Shown here piece by piece: positions 30,313 through 46,236 of a stretch of DNA of 64,000 bases (within the stretch, counting starts at the first letter, position 1; every line of letters starts with the position of its first letter). The stretch is from the NCBI RefSeq assembly GCF_009914755.1, contig NC_060929.1. One strand, given 5' to 3'. The position numbers were made by a program, and so were the translations under genes. The notes beneath the pieces are model-generated. The model did not search any database. It was not told the DNA's origin and saw nothing but the letters and a program-made list of their open reading frames with translations. This stretch comes from the human T2T-CHM13v2.0 reference genome, Homo sapiens.

Positions 30313-32183
30313 GAAGAGAGCCAATTCCAACATTTAACAAGGGAGGGAGATGGTTTTGTTTTTCTGTTTGCGGAACTAACACAACTTGGATTTCTCTATC
30401 AAGCCATAGTTAGTGTGTTTTCAAGCATCTGTTGGCCTGTTTTTATTGTCAGAGTTTTCTTCTAGCCAGTTAATAACAAGGACAGAGTATTTTCAAATGA
30501 GGAGATAAACTTCTGTCAGGCATCTTCAATGTCAAGATCTAGCTATATTGTCTCCTTTCCTATTAATTATATTACGCTTGTAGAACACTCCTTTACCACC
30601 AACAGTTACCTGAGTAGAATTTTTTCTTTTTGCTTTTCCAGCAGAGGCCAAGGGGAATGTTGGTATTCCACCGTGATACCAGGAATTTAATGAGATGACA
30701 ATGTGAATAAGAAAATCTCAGTGCACAGAATAGGGAAGGAAATTAACTTTGTTCTCCTTTATTGGAAAGACTTGAATTTCATTTGCTTATTTGATTGGGA
30801 GAAAAGAGTACTAAAAATATTCTCTTACGCTCCTTATGCTTCACCTCCTTGCTTGCACTCTACTTTTGCCAGGTACTGCCCTTTAATCTTAACTCCTTTT
30901 GCACCGTCTTCCCTGGGAACAGTGGTTAATGGGGTAAGGGTTAATCCAAACAAAGGAAGAAAGGAGAGACAGAGGAGAAAATATCCAGTCTTCTTCAAAG
31001 TACAGAATAGAAGCAAAATTCAAAGTTTCTCCCCTTTAGAACAGTAGTATACGTCAGCAGAATAAGTGAGTATGGGGTGTGGGCACAAACTGCCTGGGTT
31101 GAACTCCTGGCTCTAATGGTACAACACTGGGTAAGTTTATCAATCTCTGAAAGCCTCTGGTTTCTCATCGGTAAAACAGGGTTAATAAGAGCACTACATA
31201 ATTATGTCAAGTACTCAATGTGGTGCTAGGCACCTAATGAGTACCTGATATGTTAATGCCTGTTGTTTTCCTTCTACATATTACTGTTGAACACCATTTG
31301 TACAACTGTCACCAAACTAAGTTCAGTGCAGAGATGTAAGGACGTAGAACAAAAGTTCCTCTTTAAAAGTTCTCAAATAAGTTATATTCTTGTACGGGTA
31401 TCAAAGCACATACCCAGTGAAATATTAAATAGTGAAAATGTTTTTAAAAACTTGAACAAAATATACGATAGAACTTGGACATGCTGAGAGGATTAAGTAG
31501 ATGGTAAGTGCTGAAGACAAGGTAGGAAGAGATCAGGACTACAGAGGTGTTCGGGAGAAACTTCCTAGAGGAGAAATAGGGGGAAGTGTAATGGATGGGG
31601 ACAGAGTTTGACTTCGCAAGTGCAAGGGAATGAGAAGCAGCTTCCTATGCAGCAGCAAGAACAGGGACTATGGTGTGACAGAGGAGGTGGAATGAGCTGC
31701 CATCGTTTTTTCCAGCAAATAAGCACATTTGGATTTCTTTATGGGGAAGAGACTGTCATGTATCAGCATATAGTAAACAGGAATTACTTACTTTCCCAAA
31801 GACTGAATTAAGGAATATCTCAGGGTTGTGCTAGACCCTCCCAGGAACTTTCCTGGCAGTGTACTGTGCAGGATGTGGTGGAAATGGGAATGGGAATATT
31901 TAATATTATTTTGGTTCTGAAAGTCAAAGAGAAAAGAATTATAGTTAGACATTATTTATGTTGCAAGAACTCTCATGGTTTAAAAATGAAAGGAAGTAGC
32001 ATCAACAAGAAGCTTCTTGACATTATTTAAGCTGTAGTGTAGGCAGTTCTTCTTTAGAAAGAAATTCAGTCACATTCAACAAATACTAATTGAGTTTTTA
32101 CTCTGGCCAGCTGCTGTGTTGACCAAAGGGACACTCTGGGTCCCTGCCTTTCTAGGATCCACAGCTAAGCAAGAAAGTTAGAT

Positions 32184-32479
<296 letters not shown>

Positions 32480-33057
32480 AAAAGACAGATGTTTTAAGCA
32501 TTTACGTTAAAAAAAAAATGTGCGTTATGGGAGCAAAGTATAAAATGCTATGGAAACATAAAATTAGGAGATTAGTTTAACCAAATTTTACAAGTAAGGG
32601 AAGCCTACCTGAAAGAAGTGATTAAGTTGAGACTGGAAGGATTAATTAATCAGTCCAAGCGTTGGAAGCACTAAATGTGGAGTAGCTATTTTGAGCATAT
32701 ACAAAGTCCTGTTGAAGCATAAGGAAAGTTTTAGAAGTTCAACACAGAGAGTAGAGATGGAGTAGAATGTCCAAATATAAGAGGGAAGAGATCTTTATTT
32801 TAATAGCTGACATTTCTTAAATGCTTATTCCGTAGCAGGTGTTGTTCTCATCTCTTTGTGTGTCTTGAGTCTCAGGACAGACATCTAAGATAAGTTTCAT
32901 TCTTATTTTCACTTCATGTATGAGAAAACTGACAAATAGGCAAGTTCCCCAAGGTTTTATAGCAAGTTTAAGGGTGGAAGTAAGCTCTAAACCCAGACAA
33001 TCAGACTCTGAAACCTGTATTTTGGTTTTCTTTAAATAATTATTGAGATAAAATTCA

Positions 33058-33989
<932 letters not shown>

Positions 33990-34009
33990 TCACATTTACA
34001 TAGCCACAA

Positions 34010-34170
34010 ATATACATATATATTTTTGTATTGTATGTTTTATATGTATATAGTATACATATATATTTGTTGTATTATATGATATGTGTGTATATATGTG
34101 TATACACATGTACATTAGATAAATATATATACATACATGGATCCTTATATACGTGTGTATGTACATGAAT
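34010..34170. repeat. TA/TG-rich low-complexity repeat
   Basis: Degenerate (TA)n/(TG)n. Confidence 0.8.
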
Positions 34171-35200
34171 CTCTTTTAGAAAACCACAGTATTGCAGTGG
34201 GCACTGTGTGTCACGTTCAGGCGTTCGGACTTTTAAGGCAATGGGGATGCATTGAAGGGCTTCTGACTGGGGACCAGCAAGATCTAATTTGTGTTTTACA
34301 GGACACCGTGATGAGGATCAGCCAGGGATGGGTTGGACAGATCCAGAATCATGAGCCCAAATACATCCTTGACATCTATGTTCAGTGTTTTAATTCAAAA
34401 CGAGATTTCAGAAAAAGAGTCGTGCAGCCTGCTCTATAAGACTGTAGCACTGACAACTCAGATTGTTCTTTTCTGACTCAGCCCAAAGAAAAGAAGCTGA
34501 GCATATGAGGAAGGGCAGGACTCTTCCAGTTGGAAAGAGCACAAGCATATCCAATGAGTTCTGAACACGGTGCATTGTTCTTCCCACTCAGTTGCTTGAT
34601 GTGAGCTGATCAGAGGTCAAAGCACATTTAAAGTACTTGTATTATATCATGGGCTTGTGGAAAAGATTGCATTTAACTAAACAAAGGAAAGAGCCGATAT
34701 GAAATCAATATGCAGGGTGCCTATGAGCTATGAAGGAAGGTAATGTGCTTTTCTTCTTTGGCTGTTAAATGCATCTCAGCTGCCAAGGAAAATGACTTTC
34801 TCTCTTGACTTCCTATCTGTCTAGCTGACTGGTTATTGGAGAGTATTCAGGCCCTAGTGGTTCAACTGTATGTTTAATGAGGGTGTCCCAGCACAAGAGC
34901 CTAAGCAAGGTCCTCTGGCCTAATTCTTCCTCCAAGGACTCTGAAGATACATCTCTCTTTAGCAAATTGTGATCAAAGATTGCTGGTGGAGCAGAGAAAG
35001 GGTCCAGGGCCTTGGTCTTGTACGGTGCAATCTCTCCCATCATTGGGAACTTAGGCTGCAATATGATGTCTGAGAAATGTACCAGAGAGACTCACCTGGA
35101 AATATCCCAGAGAATTAATTGCAGACACAGGAATTTCAAGGAGAGGCCTCCACTGAGAAGTGGAAATTTGAGTTAGTTCTTGAAGGATTTCAGTGGGTGA

Positions 35201-35643
<443 letters not shown>

Positions 35644-36188
35644 TTAGTCCTGTCTTCTGAATGAGGGATAAAAAATGAATTCTAGAGTACGAGTTGAATT
35701 AACTTTTTTTTTAAAAAATGATCACTTTCCTCATTCTCTCCTCATCCTTTTTCTACCCTCTTTTCGTCTGTGATTCCTAGACAGAAAAATGATGCAAGCG
35801 AGAAAGGCCAAGTTTGAGTCAAGTCTGCTACCACAGATTGCAAATAGGCTGATAAAGCACAAGAGCTGACACATCCTAGAGAACTGACATGTGATCACAT
35901 CTGCATGGTAGCATTAGTTACAACCAGATACCTGCACATTTGCCTCTGTCATTTGATTTGATTCCTAAAACCATCCTTAAAGGTACTCAGGATATGGGTT
36001 GGTGGAAGATAAATGAAAAAACAATAAATCACCTTCTTAGAGATTAAGAGGATGACTCAGGCTAGCGATGGCACCTATGCCTCTCAGTAATAGCAGTTAG
36101 GCCCCTGCTAGGAACAAGCCCCCTCCCCAGCACCATAGGAATGATGCAGAAAGTTCTTAGAGACTGGCTATGATTTTAGGACATTGGC

Positions 36189-36661
36189 AGTGTTTCTTCA
36201 CTTTTTTTTTCTTGTCATGGGTGCCTTTGTCAAGCTATTGGAACTACAAATCCCTTCTCAAAATTATATTTTTAACAGCATTAAACAAAATGTCCAGGAT
36301 TACCAAAGAAAGCTAATTAGATACAGTTGCCAACACATTAAAAAAAAGTCGTGATAAAATAATGTATGTTTGTCTTTGATAACTACCATCATTTCAAAGC
36401 AGCAGAGACCATAAACACGATTTTGAGATGTATGCAACAACTTGACTAGGATAGGAAATAATCTGTGAGTTCTGTTGGTGACAGAGTTCCAGAGTGATGA
36501 TTATTATAGATTATTTTCTATATTCTCATCAGAGGAAATGCTAGATTCCAGTTAGAGGTTAATGAAAAGAATGATGTAAAATCTGCCCCTTCAGTGATCA
36601 CAAACCCACTGAATTCTATCTGTAAATCTCTGGGGTCCATTGTCCCAGGTGAGGCTCCCTG
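36189..36661. mobile_element. hAT-Charlie-type DNA transposon fossil
   Basis: CAGTGTTTCT... and ...CCCTG termini with an AT-rich interior. Family uncertain. Confidence 0.45.
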
Positions 36662-36920
36662 TCCTAATGTCCTAATGTAAGTGCTTACTTAGTGAGCACC
36701 TATTATGTGCAATCACTATGATAAGCTGGGGATTCAGCTAGAGTATAACAAGAATAGGACATGATTGTAAGCCCTGACATATGTCTAGGTTGTTTGATGC
36801 TTAATATCATGGACCGGATGAAAGGAACTCCTGTTTCATGTGGAGCCTATCATTAAATTCTGAGGATGGGGTTAGTCTGGAGTTGGAAGCGGGGGTATGT
36901 TACAACACACTAGGGCCAAA

Positions 36921-37164
36921 CAGTGATTCTCAACAGTGGTGTGTTGATAGGAGTGGGTGGAGATTTTGACCCTTAGAGCAATACTTGTCAGTGTTGAGAA
37001 ACATCTTTGGCACAATTTGGTGGGGGTGGAGGTGGGGGGTTGCTACTGACATCTAACGGATGGAGGATAGGGATGCTACACAGCATCCTACAGTGCACAA
37101 GACAGCCCCCTACAACAAAGAATGATCTGGCCCTATGCAGTAGGGCTGAGGTTGAGAAGCCGTG
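36921..37164. mobile_element. MER20 hAT MITE
   Basis: CAGTGATTCTCAAC...TGCTACTGACATCTA...CATCCTACAGTGCACAAGACAGCCCCC...GCTGAGGTTGAGAAGCCGTG. Confidence 0.85.
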
Positions 37165-38898
37165 GGCTAGAGGAAAAGTATGCAGAGCGCTGACTGCAGC
37201 GCCCCTGTAAATAACCTTTGTGTCCCTGGTTTTGTGCCCTGCATCCCCTTGGAAATTTGTATGTCCTCCTTTCTCATTCTTTGAGGTTGCAGATTACATT
37301 CTTTCTCCCTCTGTAGTGCCCGGTGTCAGGCCATGCACACAGCAAGTGAGCAATTAATGTTAACCATGGGTAAGTATGGCCCAGCTATCTCTCTAGCCTG
37401 AGCCTGGTCACAAAGTATTGACAGAAGCAACAAACTCAAGATGAGAGCTCTCCAGCAGAAAGCTCTTTGGAGTGGGGAAGACAGAAGTGATGTGCATAGA
37501 GGTTTGAATCTCTGCCTCCTGTTCAGAGCAGTGTGAGCACAATGACCTATTTTTGTTGGTAAGACAAGTCGACTTCTACTTGGTGCAGCATAACTTTTGC
37601 CTTTCATATAGGATGGATATTCAGTTTCCTTATTTATGTAATCTTATAGTTGAAGTAGACTTCAAAATGGATTTATGACAATGCTGACATTTGTTAAGCA
37701 ACCAATATGTAGGTAGATTTGTTTTATACTCTACATTCACCCCATTACTTAGGGCTTATATTTTATAATCCACTCCCCCCCACCCTGCTTTTCTATTGAG
37801 AACCAGAGTGATTTCTTCAGCTAAAAAGGCAGCTCTTCTTGGGGCAAAGGATAAGATGGACCTATTACCCCAGGCATTTAAAATGGCAAATGCTAAGCTG
37901 TGTGTTAAGTTTGAGAAGCACACCTTGTAGACCACTACAGTAACAGAGGTGTGATCTCATAGTTTGATGTATTTCTTTAAAATTCTGAATTGTGCAGAAG
38001 TTAGTGACATTTCCTTCTCTTCCTTTAAGGCTGCTTTGGACCAATCCTGAAATGATTTTTCAAGTTATGATCAATTGCCCTGTGGGAGAATGATTTTAGT
38101 GGGGTCCCTGGATCTCTAAAAGTTCTTTGCTCTAATGAATTAGGAGGAATGTCAGCTTCATCCATTTAGTGAGCTTCTCTGTGAGATGTTTCCATTTGTC
38201 ATGAAAATGTGGAAGGGGTTTTTGCATTGCCTGAGTTAGAAGGTTCAGAAAAATGAGCCTGGGCCTATTGATTTGTTAGTGTCCAGTGTCCCTAAAATTG
38301 GGCCTTGGGGTAGGGTTTTTTGAGAACTATAAAAACAGAGAGAGAGAGCACTTAACAGACCTAGGTAGACATCTTACCTTTAATCTCAAATTAATCATAC
38401 TTACTAGCTTACTCTTCTGATTTTAATGGAATCTTCTTATAAAATGGGCAGCTTCTAAAGATTAAAAGGGAGTCTTTATATGATCCAGAGAGGATTTCCT
38501 GAGTGGTGCCATTTATCACTAACATTTGTATTTTGCTGTACAGGTTGAAAAGCTCACTCACCTCTTATTTAGTCTTCATGATAAACCTGAGCCTTAGGTT
38601 GGTGGTGGATGATGCCCACTTTATAGGTACAGGAACTATTCTTAGAACAGTTAAAAGGCTCTACATTCATATAGTAAGTTTGTTGGGAAATCCAAGACAA
38701 GAGCCTGGATATTAGAATATATAATATTAACAACAACTATGCTACAATGTGTAATTTAAAAAAATAAACAATGAGTTTGGAGACCCAGATTCTGATATTA
38801 ATACTACTATAAATTAAGCCTATATCACTGCTTGGTAATGTTTATAATCAAAATTTGTGATATGGAAAGACTGCCCCATCACCTGCAAAGATGAAGTG

Positions 38899-39317
38899 TG
38901 TGTTAGGCCATTCTTGAATTACTATAAAGAAATACCTGAGACTGGGTAATTTATAAAGGAAAAAGGTTTAATTGGCTCACAGTTCTGTAGGATGTATGAG
39001 AAGCATGATCCTGGCATCTGCTCAGCTTTGGGGAAGCCTCAGGAAACTTACAGTCATGGTGGAAGGCAGAGGGGGAGCAAGCACATCCCATGGCAAAAGC
39101 AGGGGCAAGAGGAGACTGGGGAGGTGCCACACACTTTTAAATGACCAGATCTCACAGGAACTCACTGTCATGAAGACAGTACAGGGGGAAAATACTAAAA
39201 CATTTATGAGAAATTCAACCCCATGATCCAGGCACCTTTCACCAGACCCTACCTCCAACATTGAGGATTGCAATTCAACATGAGATTTGGGTGGGGACAC
39301 AGATCCAAACCATAGCA
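38899..39317 (-). mobile_element. MST (MSTA-like) MaLR solo LTR
   Basis: TGTGTTAGGCCATTCTTG...GGGGACACAGATCCAAACCATAGCA, TSD AAGTG/AACTG. Confidence 0.85.
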
Positions 39318-40598
39318 AACTGGCAAGAGCCAACTTGGTTCACTTACCAAAATATGGAGTCTGAAATACCTTGAGAATTTAAGATGTAAAGGAAATGCCT
39401 TTGTTCAAATTCAGTAACCCATTGAAAACTTCTTATTTAGAGAATGTTTCTTAATGTACAGGAGTCCAAATATTTATCTTCCATTACTAAGTATAAATCA
39501 TACTTAGTTTATAATGAGAACATGGGCTGGGATTTGTTTTTAAAGTAAGACATAGTAAAGAAGTCACTGGGATCTGCCATCCTTGACATCTTTGACAAGT
39601 AAAACTGATTTACATTTCAGCAGAAAGCATCATCATGCCAGTTTTGTTTTCTACTTCTGCCATTCTAATCACCAAACCTCAGAAAAGAAATAACTAGTTT
39701 TACAGTTGTCTACTCAATAAAGGGGCTGCATGCAGGCACCACATTTGATTTGGTAGGGAGGAAGTGGGAGGGGATGGGTGTCTGTGTGACTGAACCACAG
39801 GATACCTTCCTGACCTCAACCAGATTTTAATATCAAGTCTTAGTGCTCCCACTTAACTAGAGTTGGGATCATAGCAAGTCAGTAACCTCACTGCACCTTA
39901 TGAGTGCAATGAAGATATCAACACTGCATTCCTAGATAGTCACTGTGGAAATTAAATAAGACAACCCATGTAAAATTTATACTCAGATATATTAAGTTCT
40001 CGATAAGTGTAACTATGTTTATCATTTAAAAAATTAACTCTCAAAACTTCAGTTTCCTCATCTGCAGAGGGAAATGATGAGAGTATCTAAATGTTGTTAT
40101 AATGATTAAATAAAATAGTATAGGTAAAGTGATTGGCATTGGAGTAAATCATTGTTCTTGTTAGAATCTTGAATGTTACCATTCAAGGCAACACTTGAAT
40201 GTATGCTCATGCAAAAACAATGTTAAAAAAATTCTTACTGCCCGATGACATGTCAACACGCACAGACTTGAGCAGGATTGCTGATAGTACTGGGGACATA
40301 ATAAGGTGATAATAAATGGGAAGAAAGCAGGAGGACCACAGAATAATGAGTTCATGCTTTGGAAGAATATTTTTACAAGGTTATCTTGCCTCTTGTAGAG
40401 GGCAATGGAAAAAAATCCCCCCAGGAAAATCAGTAATGTCAAAACCATGAAGTACTTTTCTGCAATTAGAACATGTCATCAGATGTAAACAAGTTGATTG
40501 GCCCATGCAGGCAAGCCATCACCTTTTTATTTGTTTTCAATTCCAAGGGATGATAAGGTAGAACAGCTAAGAGGATACAAAGATGCAATAATCTAGGC

Positions 40599-41148
<550 letters not shown>

Positions 41149-41239
41149 CTAAGACCTTTTCATCATTTAGTATGTGAAGTCTGATAGCAAATACAAATGC
41201 CAAAGACTGGAAATCTAAACTGTGAGAGGTATAAGAGCA

Positions 41240-41360
41240 TGGGTTTATTCAACATTAAATCTTCAGCATCTCTTATAGTGCCTGACACATAACAGGTACT
41301 CAATAAATGTTTGGATGGATGGATGAATGGATGGACAGATGGACAAATGGATAGATGGAC
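41240..41360 (+). mobile_element. L2 3' end with (GGAT)n-like tail
   Basis: AGTGCCTGACACATAACAGGTACTCAATAAATGTTTGGATGGATGG. Confidence 0.7.
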
Positions 41361-42929
41361 AAGCAGGCAAACTGACACTAGCTTATGATTCCCTGTTTCT
41401 AAACAAGAACATCGTCACAGTCAACAATAAATTAACATTTATTGCACTCTTACTGTGTGCCATGCACTATTCTAAGTGCTTTGCCTGTAATATCTCATTG
41501 ATGTTTTACAATAACCTATGAGGTAGATACTGTCATAGACCATTGGGTTTTAGTAATAACTTGTTGTCCTCAAGTTGTTAGTTGCTTAATCTTAAATGAC
41601 TTATTAAAGCTTATCTTCCCTGGTTCCTTCTATTAATAGATATTTATGAGAATTTAAAGTACATATGAAAATCCCTATAAACTCTAAAGTGACATTCAAA
41701 GATTAAATAATTGTTGTTTCAGCCCTGCTCTGGTGAGCATGGACCCATGAAACAGTGCTGGATAGTAAGATTTGACATTAGGTGTTTATAGGCCCAAATG
41801 GCTCTGGACGAATTGGGAGATCTTAGGGCACATTGTGGGACCTAAATATTACTACTATTGTTCAACATTATATCCTTAGAACCTAGGTGAGTGCCTAACT
41901 CACAGCAGGAATTAAATATATATTTCTTTATAAGAAAACAAAAGGAGGGCTAAATAAACTAACAAACAGAGAAACAAATAAATGAGAAAATATACCTGCC
42001 CCAGCCAAGGAAGGGCAATATGGTCATAGATATTCTGAGTCTTAATAGGTCCTCCCAGAAACTGAGGTATAGATCACTATGTAAAATAATGGAAGATGTC
42101 TAATCTACTTACTGCTGCCTTGAAAGCTGAGTCATTTTCATAATGGGTCAGAAAGACATTTTTCAGGACAACTTGGTAATTCATCTTTATTTCCTTGTAT
42201 ACACAGTACATTCCACTTAAAAAGAGATGCTAATGTATTTACATTAAAGCATGTGGATTTACAGCCTGGGATGAAATATATTCATAGATAGTATACCTTA
42301 ATCCTGTTTAGGGAAATCGAAGAATCAACTGGCATCAGATTAGTGTTGATTAACTGTCACTCAGATTGACAAAGCAGCACAAGATACACTTAGCAAATAC
42401 CCAAATCGAGCTAAAAAGCTCTGCAGATACGGGTTTTGACACTTGCTTTTTTTTTTTTTTTTAAAAAAAAGATAATTGGTTCAACATCTAAGAACATACT
42501 CTTTGGCACTGACTAATTCAGTCTTCATAGACGCTATTTTTTTTTCTGTTTGTAGGGATAGAGGAAAAAACTATTAAAGGCTCACAAAATGTGCTTGCCT
42601 CTGGATTGGTAAGCAAAGATTGGGAGATACTAGATGCCCTTAAAAGTGTCTTATACCAATTCACGTTAGAAGAACACCTTTTAGCGTACCTGTTTTTACA
42701 ACTTTTGCCTGGTATTGAAAATTGACTAGCTTCTGCTATCCTGTGGATTTCCATTTCCTATTAAGCAGGCATTTAAAATTGAGTCATACAGGAGTAATGG
42801 TCACTCTTCAAAATGGACTTCTTTGTGAGCTCTAGGGAACAGTTCTTCCTGCTTTAGTGATGTAGACTGTTAGGGACAGACAGTCAAGACATAGAAGCCT
42901 CTACCCTGTGAGAAAAATAATGAATTATT

Positions 42930-43390
42930 TAGGGTATGTCTAATTGCAAGTGACACAAAGCAAAATTATTCTAGTTTTTTAAAAATTTATTTAAAAATGG
43001 GAATTTGTAGACTTATCAATCACTGAGAAGTCTAGATATGACCATCCCTGGTGCTTTTAACATCTTTCTCTCTTGTACAGGTTTCCTTTAGGCAGTTCTT
43101 CAGCAGACATTATCTCAGAAGGAGAGACAGAAACACCTTCATTCAGGCAGCCATAGCAATCTTTGAAAATAACTGATTAACCCTGCTTGGGTCACATGCC
43201 CCTAGACCAAACACTCTTTCTAAGGAGTCAGATATTCTGATTGGGCAGCCTAGATCACATTCCCTTCTGTATCCTGGGGGTGGGGGAGGGCCAAGTGAGC
43301 ACCAGCCCCAGTAGGTTTCTGCAAAGCAATAAGTGTTCTAGTATCCGAAGGAAAGCTAAAGGATGTTGAATAGGCAGAGACATTGTAACT
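42930..43390 (-). mobile_element. Old MLT1-type LTR
   Basis: TAATTGCAAGTGACACAAA...CTGATTGGGCAGCCTAGATCACATTCCC motifs. Confidence 0.5.
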
Positions 43391-44449
43391 ATCCCACTTT
43401 CCTCCTTTGTCTCATATGCAGATAGGACACCTTATTTTGAAGACCTTTCTTTGGACTTTGTTTCTTGCTAAGTCTGGAAGGCTTGCATTGGTCAGTGAGA
43501 TGGTTAAATGAAGCTTTATTTTTTATTGACCTGTCTTTTCTTCATAGCTATATTTTCTAAGCCTAGTTATACCAAGCTAGAGTTTGATGCCTGTTATGAA
43601 GCATTGGAGAGAAAGGGAAATGGGAACTCAAGACTTACACTTGCCATGGTTTGGGTTTATGTAACAAAGCCAGTGACCTGCAAAGTCTCTACCAGGTTTC
43701 AGAGGCCTTCATTCACTGAAGAACTGCCTTCTGAGTGGCATTTTCCCTTCAAAGAGGCCAAGCTCGGTTAAAGCTACTATGGCACGTGTACCTTTAGACC
43801 CCATGGAGTGTCAAACATGGGTATATGGAGATGGGGGAGGCATATATGATCATGGAGACATGTGAAATGTTCATTTTTTGCAAGAAACAGAATCCACCCC
43901 AGCTAGGTCATGGGAAAACAGAGTATTCATTGCAAGGTTGTGAGAAGACAGTGCAGGAGCAATTTATATACGTTCAGTCAAGCATTATGAGATCTGCAGC
44001 TTCTAGAATCAAGGTGTTCCCTCTGCCTCTCAGGGGCCATGTGACTTCTTTTTTCTCTGATTTGCTTTCTCACATTTTCTCATGGAGATTACACCTCTTG
44101 CACATCTTTCAACATGGCTGCCAGCCCCAAACCTATGTTTGGAAGTTAAAAGTGTGAAGTCAGGGACTAGGATTCTCAGTAAGTGTTAGTTATTATTGTC
44201 AAGTACCTGTTACTCACTGACGATGTGCACTGTGTTTAGTTTCAGTTCTCAAGCTAGAATCTGATTGGTCAGGTGTAGACAGGTAGCAACTCAAACAGGA
44301 CTACCTAGGTGGCCCTTTAACAGAAAAGCAGTTGTGAGTAGGATGTGCATAACCGAACTTTATTATTCCATGGTGGTCTTTTCTTGATGAAGAGATTGAT
44401 GGAATCTGACTCATAACTCCCAAACTCATGATTGAAAAAGTAACATGTT

Positions 44450-44670
44450 TAGCGGGGAGTTAAGAACATGGCCTCTGCAGCTAGATTTGCCTGTGTTTGG
44501 GTCCTGGTCCCCACAATGATGCTCTGTGAAACCTTTCTGTGCTTCAGTTTCTGCTATAATAATATCATGTACTAGGGTTGCAGTGAGCATGAAGTATGTT
44601 AACTCACAAAGTGCTTTAAAAAATGTCTGGCAAATAGTAAGCACTCAATACATGTCAGCAGTTGATATGA
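44450..44670 (+). mobile_element. MIR SINE
   Basis: GTTAAGAACATGGCCTCTG...CTGTGCTTCAGTTTC...CTGGCAAATAGTAAGCACTCAATA. Confidence 0.75.
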
Positions 44671-45231
44671 CTTTTATTACCTAAATCTGGCTCTGAGCTC
44701 CCACAGTAATCTGCTAGGAAATTCCATCTCCATTATCACTGGGTCGTTCAAGAATTGACAAAGCGTACATGGTGTCAAGAAAACGTGGGCAGGCCTGCTG
44801 CTCTTTGGTCAGTTAAGATCATCTCTGATAATTTCATTTCCCTAGCCTGCAGGGTCATTTAAAATGCACTTACTCTCTACTTCCACACCACAGAGAGGGC
44901 ACAGAAATCTTTGCTGAGGTGTGGGCCAAGGGTACTGTCTTCTAGGGGCATGACACAGCCATCCTTTCTGAGAGATGGTCACCTCCCTAGTGATAACTCT
45001 GGTCTTCCAAGGACCCCAGATCTCTAAATTTTTCTAAGTGTTCTGATTCTTCTAAATCTGTCTTCTCTTCAGCTTTCTTCCAAGTCACTCCTCTCTCCTC
45101 TCTTCCCCACAGGACAACGAGCCTACTCTCCACTAAGGTTAGGTGTTTACAGATGGCAGGAATAGCTATTGCTTTAAGGCAGTTTCTGCTTTTGACCCAA
45201 TGAGTACCTTCTGTTATAAAACTCCAATGCG

Positions 45232-45467
45232 TCACTGGGGCCTGTTGGGGTGGGGTGGGAGGGTGAGCACCAGGAAGAAAAGCTAGTGGATGCTGAGCTT
45301 AATTCCTGGGTGATGAGTTGATCTGTGCAGCAAATCACCATGGCACATGTTTGCCTGTGTAACCAACCTGCACATCCTTGCACATCCTGCATATGTATCC
45401 TAGAAATTAAAATAAAACTTGAAGAAAAAACAAAGGAAAACAGCAACAACAACAACAACAACAACAA
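45232..45467 (+). mobile_element. Short 3'UTR fragment of an older L1PA with (CAA)n tail
   Basis: GGGTGATGAGTTGATCTGTGCAGCAAATCACCATGGCACATG...AACCTGCACATCC...TAAAATAAAA. Confidence 0.8.
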
Positions 45468-45926
45468 ACCTCAGTTGCATTTTGCTGAGTCAGAGAAGCC
45501 AGACCCAGAACTCTTATCTACTGAATGATTCTGTTTATATGATTTGATAGAAAACACAAAACCATAGGAGAATGGTGGAAGCCAGGATTTGGGGCTCAGG
45601 GGATGGATGGAATACAAAACGGGTAGCATGAGGGAATTTTTGGAGCGATAAAATTGGGCTGTATTTGCTTATTGTGGTAGATACATGACGCATGTATTTG
45701 TGAAAACCCACAGATCTATTAATATGCACCACAAAGAGTACATTTTCCTTTATGGAAACAACTAAACAAACATCAAGGATATGCAAAGGGCCTTCCCACC
45801 TGCTTGAAATGGAGAGGAGAGGAAAATACAGAAACACAAATTGATGTTTTAAAAAATTACTAAGCCGCAGACAAAGCTAAAGAGATGGGTTATGTCAGAT
45901 TGTCATATTAAATAGCGGAACTTCCT

Positions 45927-46213
45927 GGCTGGATGCAGTGGCTCATGCTTGTAATCCCAATGCTTTGACGGCTGAGGTGGGAGGACTGCTTGAGCCCAGA
46001 AGTTCAAGACCAGCCTGGGCAACATGGTAAAACCCTCTCTCTACAAAAAAATTTTAAAAATTAACCAGGAATGGTGACATGTCCCGGTAGTCAAGCTACT
46101 CAAGAGGCTGAGGTGGGAGGATTGCTTGAGTTCCAGAATTTGAGGCTGCAGTCAGCTGTGATCACACCACTGCACTCAGCCTGGATGACAGACCAAGACC
46201 TTGGCCCTAAAAG
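45927..46213 (+). mobile_element. AluJ
   Basis: GGAGGACTGCTTGAGCCCAG and GAGGCTGCAGTCAGCTGTGATC AluJ diagnostics. Confidence 0.9.
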
Positions 46214-46236
46214 TTTTTTTAAAAATGGGGCTTTCT

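Noticed and set aside
43508-44157. Two ORFs, one with a signal-peptide-like start (MKLYFLLTCLFFIAIFS)
   Set aside because: Short, with no recognisable domain or promoter context. Hydrophobic starts are common in T-rich intron sequence.
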